Of a stretch of DNA of 64,000 bases, positions 57,627-64,000 are shown piece by piece. The notes beneath the pieces were generated by a model, which was not told where the DNA came from, made no database searches, and saw only the letters and a list, made by a program, of their open reading frames with translations. The DNA comes from Candidatus Eiseniibacteriota bacterium. Its GTDB lineage: Bacteria; Eisenbacteria; RBG-16-71-46; CAZAMP01. The stretch covers positions 5,312,001-5,376,000 of the forward strand of contig OZ245046.1 in assembly GCA_965224245.1 (NCBI GenBank), given 5' to 3'. Every line of letters starts with the position of its first letter. The stretch's first letter is position 1. Made by a program: the position numbers and the translations under genes.

Positions 57627-58694
57627 TCACGACCGCACCAGGAACCTCGACTTCTCCGCATCCTGCAGACGCGAGATCACGTCGGCAGTGTGAACGACGC
57701 CATCGTTGTGCAGCTCCAGGAGCGCGTCGTCGAGCAGGACCATTCCGTCGGAGTAGCTGCTCGCGATGACGTTGTTGAGCTGGTGGACCTTGCCCTCGCG
57801 GATGAGGTTCGCCACCGAGTTGTTGACGAACAGGATCTCGCGGGCGGCGATCCGGCCGGCCTTGTCCCGACGACGAACCAGCACCTGCGAGATGACCGCC
57901 TTCAGCGTCAGGGCGAGCCGCGTCCGGATCTCGGCCTGATCCTGAACCGGGAACACGTCGATGATCCGGTTGATCGTCTTGGCCGCCGACTGCGTCGAGA
58001 GCGTGCTGATGACCAGGTTTCCGGTCTCCGCGGCCGTCAACGCGATCTCGATCGTCTCACGATCACGCATCTCACCGACGAATATGATGTGCGGCATCTG
58101 TCGAAGCGCGCTCCGGAGTCCGGTGATGTAGCTCTTCGTGTCGTGTCCGACCTCGCGCTGATTGATCAGGCACGTCTTCGAACGGAACGGGAACTCGATC
58201 GGATCCTCGATCGTGAGCACGTGCCGGGGGAAGTTGAATTCCGTGTTCAGGTACTCGAGGTACGCGGCCACGGTCGTCGACTTGCCCGCGCCGGTGGGGC
58301 CGGTGACCAGGATGAGACCGTTCGGGATCTGCACGAACCGCAGCAGCAGCTCCTGCGGGATCCCGATCTGCGTGTAGTGGGGCACCTCCAGCGGAACGAC
58401 GCGTAGGACCGCAGCGTCGGTGCCGGTCTTGCGGAAGACGCTGGCTCGGAAGCGGGCGAGGCCCTCGATCTCGGTGCCCATGTCCAGCTCCCAGTGCGTC
58501 TCGAACTCGGCGCGCTGGTGCTCGTCCATGAGACCGTACACCAGCTCGTGGGCCAGCTCGGGGGTGAGCACCTCGGCCGGCTCGTAGTGCTCGAGCACGC
58601 CGTGCACCTGATAGGTGACCGGCGCACCCGCCGCGATCATGATGTCCGACGCGCTGCGTCGAACGGCCTGGCGGAGTACGTCCTCGGTGGTCAT
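57627..58694 (-). CDS. pilT: PilT/PilU-family type IV pilus ATPase
   Basis: GPTGAGKSTT, TIEDPIE, INQREVG, VGEMRD and SVANLIRE; ATGA overlap with the secretin stop. Confidence 0.85.
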   Translation of the reverse strand: MTTEDVLRQAVRRSASDIMIAAGAPVTYQVHGVLEHYEPAEVLTPELAHELVYGLMDEHQRAEFETHWELDMGTEIEGLARFRASVFRKTGTDAAVLRVVPLEVPHYTQIGIPQELLLRFVQIPNGLILVTGPTGAGKSTTVAAYLEYLNTEFNFPRHVLTIEDPIEFPFRSKTCLINQREVGHDTKSYITGLRSALRQMPHIIFVGEMRDRETIEIALTAAETGNLVISTLSTQSAAKTINRIIDVFPVQDQAEIRTRLALTLKAVISQVLVRRRDKAGRIAAREILFVNNSVANLIREGKVHQLNNVIASSYSDGMVLLDDALLELHNDGVVHTADVISRLQDAEKSRFLVRS

Positions 58695-60061
58695 GGCGTC
58701 GAAGACTCCTCTGTCGCACCGGCTGCCGATCCACCGGATCCCATCGGGGGTGCGGTCGGTGCATCCGCACCCTCGTCGCCGACGATCCGCGGCGTGATCT
58801 CGATGATCAGGTCCATCTGCTGCTTCTCGGTACGGCGGTGCTGGAACAGGTGCCCGAGGATCGGGATGCTCCCCAGGAGCGGCACCTTCTTCACCGAGGA
58901 GCGCTCCTCCTCGCTCAGGAGACCGCCGAGGTAGATCGTCTCGCCGTCTCTCACGCGAACCAGGGTCCGTGCGCGCCGGGTGGACGTCTGGGGCAGATCG
59001 TCGTCGGGGCCGACGAAGGCGACGATGCGCGACACCTCGGGCTCCACCAGCGTCGTGATGAAGCCGTCGCCGGTCACTCGCGGGGTGATGCGGAGACGTA
59101 CGCCGACGTCGATCTTCTCCAGCTGAACCGTCTGCAGAACGCCGCCCGTGCCGGGGCTCTGGAGCGAGGTGATCACCACGGGGACCGTGTCGCCGGCGAA
59201 GATCTCGGCCGACTCGCCGTCGATCGTGACCACGCGGGTATTCGACAGCAGCGAGGCCTGTCCGTTCGTCAGGAGCAGGTCGACCGCCACCTCGTAGGCC
59301 TCGACCTGACGATGGAACCGACCCGAGGCGCCACCCAGCTGGTAGTAGTCGAGCTCTTCGGGGAGGGCGTCGGCGCTGGAGATGCCCGGATCTCCCTCGG
59401 TGAAGATCCCCGTCCACTTCGTCAGCTTCTCCCAGTCGACCCCGATCTCCTCCAGGGCGGAGGTGTTGACCTCGATCAGACGGGCCTCCAGCTGTACCTG
59501 GGTCGGCTTCCGATCCAGCTCGCTCACCGTGGCCACCGCGTGCTCGATGGCCGACTGCGGAGCCCGCATGAAGACGCGGTTGGTCTTGGTCTGCGCTTCC
59601 ACCGACGGTGTGAAGATCTCGAGGGCCTTGGCCACGTCGACCGCCTCGGCGTACTCGAGCTCGAAGACGTGAGAGGTGAGCCCGGTCTGCGTGGCGAGCT
59701 CGGCCGGCTCGGCCACGAGGATCGAGTTGCCCACCCGCTCGTAGCCGAGTCCGGACGCGCGGCACACGACGTTGAGCGCCTCCTCGAACGGCGTGTCACG
59801 AAGTCGGATCGAGATCGTGCGCCCCTGGACCGCCTGCCCGGTCGCGATGTTCAGTCCGCTGCGTTGCGCGAGGATCTGCAGGATCTCGAACACCGCGGTG
59901 CTGTCCGCCGTGAGGCTGATCAGACTCGCCTCGGACGTGGGTTCTGACTCCCCGGCGACCACGGTCGCCGGTGGGACCAGCGTGAGCGTAGCCAGGGTGG
60001 CCGCGATCGTCGGGAGCACCATGCTCACGGCACTTCGACCACCGGCGAACTTCGAGATCAT
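58691..60061 (-). CDS. pilQ: Secretin (PilQ/GspD family), short and lacking AMIN domains
   Basis: LDRKPTQVQLEARLIEV, VGVRLRITPRV, GETIYLGGL, VPLLGSIPILGHLF and IEITPRI. Confidence 0.88.
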   Translation of the reverse strand: MISKFAGGRSAVSMVLPTIAATLATLTLVPPATVVAGESEPTSEASLISLTADSTAVFEILQILAQRSGLNIATGQAVQGRTISIRLRDTPFEEALNVVCRASGLGYERVGNSILVAEPAELATQTGLTSHVFELEYAEAVDVAKALEIFTPSVEAQTKTNRVFMRAPQSAIEHAVATVSELDRKPTQVQLEARLIEVNTSALEEIGVDWEKLTKWTGIFTEGDPGISSADALPEELDYYQLGGASGRFHRQVEAYEVAVDLLLTNGQASLLSNTRVVTIDGESAEIFAGDTVPVVITSLQSPGTGGVLQTVQLEKIDVGVRLRITPRVTGDGFITTLVEPEVSRIVAFVGPDDDLPQTSTRRARTLVRVRDGETIYLGGLLSEEERSSVKKVPLLGSIPILGHLFQHRRTEKQQMDLIIEITPRIVGDEGADAPTAPPMGSGGSAAGATEESSTP

Positions 60062-60075
60062 TGCGAGTGACTCCT

Positions 60076-60558
60076 TCAGGATCCGAGGACGAGTCGTCGT
60101 GACCCGTTGGTAACCGTGGCCGACGTCGGCGTGACGTCTCTCACGGTCCATCCTCTGAACGTCTCACCTATGCGCAGCCACCCCGAGGTGACGTCGCCCA
60201 ACGTCAGCTGAATGCTCGGGCTGACGGTGTCGTACAGGAGCGCGCGCAACGTGGGATCGGGTACGACGACCGGCAGCTCCACACGGGGCGCCGGCCGCTT
60301 CTTCTTCACCGGGGGTCGGGGCGGCGGCTGGAACGGATCCCGCGTGTCGACACGCGCCGACGCGATCAGGCTGTCCCGGAGCGCCAGCTCCTCGAGACCA
60401 TCACGAGCCGGTGCCTCGAGCGCGGGCAATGCGTCGCTCTTGACCGAGAGCACCGCCGCGATCGTGGTCTCGAATCGAAGACACAGAACGACGACCGCCG
60501 CGATGGCGACGGCGAACGCCAGCCACTGAGGTCGTTCCTGGGTCGAGATCGCCATCAC
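60076..60558 (-). CDS. PilP-like pilus assembly protein
   Basis: TM, then RDPF motif and a beta-domain; lies between pilO and the secretin. Confidence 0.6.
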   Translation of the reverse strand: MMAISTQERPQWLAFAVAIAAVVVLCLRFETTIAAVLSVKSDALPALEAPARDGLEELALRDSLIASARVDTRDPFQPPPRPPVKKKRPAPRVELPVVVPDPTLRALLYDTVSPSIQLTLGDVTSGWLRIGETFRGWTVRDVTPTSATVTNGSRRLVLGS

Positions 60559-61079
60559 ATGGCCTCCGCGCTGACCGGGTCGTAGATCGAGATGTTGAAG
60601 CGGTTCTCGACCGACCGGCTGTCCGCACGCTTGACGACGAGCGCGTCGATGCTGGCCAGCCGCGCGCCCTCCTCCAGCATGCGGACGAAGTCGAGCGTGC
60701 GTTCGTAGCTGCCCTGAAGTCGGACCGTGAAGCGCGCCCGCCGGTACGATCCGATGCGGCCCGAGTCGCCGGCGGTGAGCTCGAGCTGCGTGAGCCGAGC
60801 GGCCTTGACCATCGAGGCCACGTAGGTCAGGGGATCCTCGCCGGTCAGGGTCGCCAGCTGGGTCAGATCGTCCACCTCCAGGAACTGCGCGAGCCGCTTG
60901 CTCCGTCGTTCCCGCTCGCTGGCCTCGGTCAGCTTCTCGAGGAGCTCCGCACGCTGAGCGGCCAGGCGCTTCACCGTCCGGAGCTGAGGCTGCGTGAAGG
61001 CGACGTCGATGACGGCACAGGCCACGAGCGGCAGGACGATGGCGACGAGAGCGCGTATGGGGATGAGCTGCCTGGACAT
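60555..61079 (-). CDS. pilO: PilO-like pilus assembly protein
   Basis: TM, coiled coil, GSY....F...LE...R motif. Confidence 0.75.
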   Translation of the reverse strand: MSRQLIPIRALVAIVLPLVACAVIDVAFTQPQLRTVKRLAAQRAELLEKLTEASERERRSKRLAQFLEVDDLTQLATLTGEDPLTYVASMVKAARLTQLELTAGDSGRIGSYRRARFTVRLQGSYERTLDFVRMLEEGARLASIDALVVKRADSRSVENRFNISIYDPVSAEAM

Positions 61080-61080
61080 G

Positions 61081-61647
61081 TCATCCTCCGTCCCGACCCG
61101 CCGGGGTCGCTCGGCAAGAGATCTCGAACTCGCTGTCGGATCCGCCCTTCAGCACGCCGAGGGTGACGCTGGGAAACACACGTGCGATCCGTCGATCCTC
61201 TCGCAGCGCCTCCATGAACGCCGACACGTCCTCGACCGACGTCCGGTCACGATCGACTCGACCTTCGATCGACAGGGTCGCGGGTGACTTCCGCCACGCC
61301 GCCGAGCCCGACACCCGTTCGAGCCGCATCGACGTGCCGACGTTCGTCGCGATCGCGGCGAGAGCCGGGGACCAGTCCACTCGACCGGCCCGGAGCTCGA
61401 GCACCTCGCCGGCCAGCGCGATCTCCGGATGCGCCGAGGGCGTCGACTCGACCCGACTCGACAGGCGCTCGATGGCCGTTCTCAGCGTTCGCGCCTGCTC
61501 GTTCAGGAGCACACCGCTGAGGGCCAGCGAGAACGCCAGAAGCACCTCGACCGTGACCAGCGCCAGGACCGCGGTTCGTCGCGCCGCGTTCCGGCGTCCA
61601 CGAAGCCGGTTCTCGGCGAACTCGGGATAGAAGTTGATCCTATACAA
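61081..61647 (-). CDS. pilN: PilN-like pilus assembly protein
   Basis: INFYP motif, TM, coiled coil, LSIEG...FMEAL. Confidence 0.78.
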   Translation of the reverse strand: MYRINFYPEFAENRLRGRRNAARRTAVLALVTVEVLLAFSLALSGVLLNEQARTLRTAIERLSSRVESTPSAHPEIALAGEVLELRAGRVDWSPALAAIATNVGTSMRLERVSGSAAWRKSPATLSIEGRVDRDRTSVEDVSAFMEALREDRRIARVFPSVTLGVLKGGSDSEFEISCRATPAGRDGG

Positions 61648-62623
61648 CGGGGTCGTCCCACCACCTGCACAGTCCGCAAGCTACTACGAAGCGTGATCCA
61701 CACTCCGACACGTCGTGATATCCAACCCCCGACTCGCCGACCTCCTCGAGGGGGTCGAGCCCGGAGACGGGTTGCTCTAACTTCTGTCGGAGGAAATCGA
61801 GGGAACCTGAGAGCAAGCTCCCACCGCCGATCAAGAACACCGCTCCGACCTCCTGCCGGTGCCGGCCGCGGTAGAACGTCATGGTCTCCTCGGTGCGACG
61901 GGCGACCCCGGACAGGAACGCGTCCACGCTGGTTCCGTTCTCGGTGGCCGCGGACCCGGGGCCGATGTGTCGACTCAGGAAGCCGGCGTCCCGATGAGCG
62001 ATGTGAATGGACGTCTGGCGACCGCCGACGTCCAGGACCGCGATCGCCTCGTCTCCACGCCCGGCCCCGGACGCGATCGCCTGGTTCAGCGCCGACAGTG
62101 GCTCCAGATCCACGACCTCCGGCTCGAGCCCGGCGCCCGCCAGCACGCTCACCGCGAAGTCGCGCCGCGCCCTGGGGATCGCCGCGAACAGGGCCCGGCT
62201 CTGCGGCGGCAGGCCATCGGCTCCGTCGGACGTGCGGCCGAGCAGCTGCGACGTCACCAGCGGGGTGTCCATGTCGTCCAGATCGAGGTGCTTCTTGGCC
62301 TCGAACCGCGTCGACGCCTGAAGCTCCTTCGCGTCGACGGGGGGGATGACCACCTCGCGCACGCGGACGTCCGCGCCGCCGACGGCGACGGCGACGTGCC
62401 CCAGGTCCCGCTTCACGAGGCCTAGACGCTGAAGGACCGTGCGCAGCGCCTCGGTCGCGCGCTCGGTGTCGGTTCCGGACCCGTCGACGTTCCACTCCTC
62501 GAGGCCGACGTGCGAGATGCGTTCGAGCCTGGACGTCCCCTCGGCACGCACGAGCTTGACGCCGACCGTGCCCAGGTCGATCCCCGTGCGGACTCCCGAA
62601 CCGCGTCCCATCATTCGAAACAA
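61640..62623 (-). CDS. pilM: PilM actin-like pilus assembly protein
   Basis: GIDLGTVGVKLV, AGLEPEVVD, LDVGG and LIGGGS. Confidence 0.85.
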   Translation of the reverse strand: MFRMMGRGSGVRTGIDLGTVGVKLVRAEGTSRLERISHVGLEEWNVDGSGTDTERATEALRTVLQRLGLVKRDLGHVAVAVGGADVRVREVVIPPVDAKELQASTRFEAKKHLDLDDMDTPLVTSQLLGRTSDGADGLPPQSRALFAAIPRARRDFAVSVLAGAGLEPEVVDLEPLSALNQAIASGAGRGDEAIAVLDVGGRQTSIHIAHRDAGFLSRHIGPGSAATENGTSVDAFLSGVARRTEETMTFYRGRHRQEVGAVFLIGGGSLLSGSLDFLRQKLEQPVSGLDPLEEVGESGVGYHDVSECGSRFVVACGLCRWWDDPVV

Positions 62624-62633
62624 CCCGACCTCC

Positions 62634-63959
62634 TCAGCTGCTTGCGCTGGGCATCTCCCGCCACTTGAGAACGCGAAGCGTTCCCGAGACCCCGTCGGCC
62701 CAGTCGTCGACCAGGTATCCGGGAAGATGCTCGATGAATCCCCTGTCGAACACGATGTGCGGCGATCCGGTGCTGTTCCAGTCCCCGAGCACGACGAACG
62801 CCCCGTAGAGCTCGAAGTTGGAGTTCACACCGACGACGTCCCTCGTGATGTAGATGAGGGCCGGATAGTCCGGCGAGCCGATCTGCGTGTGCGAGCCGCC
62901 CACCTTCTGGAAGTCGCGAGCGATGAGCGCGATGCCGCGGTAGGGCTCGAAGATGATCTGGCGAACGGTCGTGAGGCCTCCCATCCAGAAGGCCTCGTCC
63001 GAGCGCTGCTCCTCGGTGACTCCGGTGAAGCGCGCGTTGACGATCGTGGCATTCACGACGGTCGAGCTCGAACCGTCGAAGATCAGGTTCGCGGTCGCGT
63101 TGACCCCGGGAGGATCGATCGCCGCCGCCTCGCCGAAGTTGACCACGACCGCGACGTCCCCGGCCGTGCGTCTGAACACACCCGTCGCGTCGTCGAAGTA
63201 GTGCTGGATCTCGGCGTGACTGTCGAAGTCGAAGGTGAACAGCTCCTGGCCGGCGTTGTAGCTCGTGACGTCGACGAGGCTGTCCCCGAGGGCGGTCGTG
63301 ATGTCGATCCCGTCGCGATCGAAGATGCGTGCCTGTGCCGTTCCCCCGATCCGGGTACCCCGGACGTAGTAGTACGTCGCGTCGGGGAAGTGGTCGGGGT
63401 CGGTGTAGATCGGGGGCGGGGTCACCTCGAAGTCCGACGTGTAGTCGCCACACGTGAGGTGGACGTCCGACGGGCCGAAATCGGCATCCCCGACCACGTG
63501 GGCGGTGCCCTCGAGGCAGAAGTCTCCGCCGACGTCGGCGTCGCCGAGGACGAGTATCCCCAGCCCGTAGGCGGTGGGCGGAACCACCGCGAAGACCTCG
63601 ATGGCTCGCCTGGCGATGCCGACCCGCCCGGTGGAGAGGACGTGCACGACGTCCTCGGCTCCCGGATACGTGGTGTCGGTCACCGCCACGTCGTAGGTGC
63701 CGGCACCCAGCGAATCCGCCGACCATCCATCGCGCCACGTCCGGTCCTCGAGGAACTTGCCGCGGGTGCGCTCCAGTCCGGCATCGGCCAGATAGAACGC
63801 GCTGCTCGAGTTCTGGCGATAGATGGCCCCCTTGGTCTCGTATGCGGAGACGGCGAAGAAGGACATCCCCATGAGCACGATGACCAGCGTGAACACCACG
63901 ACGGTCACGAGCGCGTAGCCGCCATCGCCACCGGCGGTCGTTCGACGAGGGGTGGTCAT
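62634..63959 (-). CDS. PilX-like minor pilin with a large C-terminal domain
   Basis: Class III signal G/YALVTVVVF; AFYLADAGLE; C-terminal WRE motif. Confidence 0.78.
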   Translation of the reverse strand: MTTPRRTTAGGDGGYALVTVVVFTLVIVLMGMSFFAVSAYETKGAIYRQNSSSAFYLADAGLERTRGKFLEDRTWRDGWSADSLGAGTYDVAVTDTTYPGAEDVVHVLSTGRVGIARRAIEVFAVVPPTAYGLGILVLGDADVGGDFCLEGTAHVVGDADFGPSDVHLTCGDYTSDFEVTPPPIYTDPDHFPDATYYYVRGTRIGGTAQARIFDRDGIDITTALGDSLVDVTSYNAGQELFTFDFDSHAEIQHYFDDATGVFRRTAGDVAVVVNFGEAAAIDPPGVNATANLIFDGSSSTVVNATIVNARFTGVTEEQRSDEAFWMGGLTTVRQIIFEPYRGIALIARDFQKVGGSHTQIGSPDYPALIYITRDVVGVNSNFELYGAFVVLGDWNSTGSPHIVFDRGFIEHLPGYLVDDWADGVSGTLRVLKWREMPSASS

Positions 63960-63973
63960 CTCGAGGTCCTTCT

Positions 63974-64000
63974 CTAGAATTCGAAGCTCTGGTTACGGAT
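63974..64000 (-). CDS. 3' end of an upstream pilus-operon gene (partial, possibly PilW-like)
   Basis: ...IRNQSFEF* just upstream of the pilX-like RBS. Confidence 0.4.
   Translation of the reverse strand: MRNQSFEF

Noticed and set aside
57627-63959. Type II secretion system call for the secretin operon
   Set aside because: PilM/N/O-type proteins, a PilX-like pilin and a PilT-type ATPase favour a type IVa pilus

Overview
GC-rich chromosomal DNA from a diderm bacterium. The C-terminal FlgD-Ig-type sorting domains, a PorV-like barrel and a recurring 'SWxxxKxxY' tail suggest an FCB-associated candidate phylum such as Eisenbacteria, Krumholzibacteriota or Latescibacterota (inference only). The main feature is a ~28 kb alpha-glucan (starch/glycogen/maltodextrin) utilisation locus at 5.8-33.7 kb. 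It encodes a MalQ-GlgB fusion, a secreted CBM48-GH13 enzyme, a MalEFG-like ABC transporter without an ATPase, several secreted non-catalytic CBM-like proteins, a triple-CBM48 GH13 enzyme and a cytoplasmic GH13. It also has a co-transcribed outer-membrane module: a CTD cargo protein, a PorV-like barrel, two unassigned beta-barrels (one fused to CBM48) and two CBM lipoproteins. No SusC/SusD pair or LamB is recognisable, which makes this the best candidate for an undescribed system. The rest of the window holds a sodium:solute symporter, Smr and NUDIX proteins, a run of small accessory genes, pheA behind a Tyr-rich leader-peptide attenuator, an orphan hydrogenase-protease-like gene, a glutathione peroxidase, a large secreted GH57-like enzyme, other secreted proteins, an MFS transporter and the distal part of a type IV pilus operon (pilX-like, pilMNOPQ, and a pilT-like ATPase with an altered His box). 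No rRNA, tRNA, CRISPR array, integrase or transposase was recognised.
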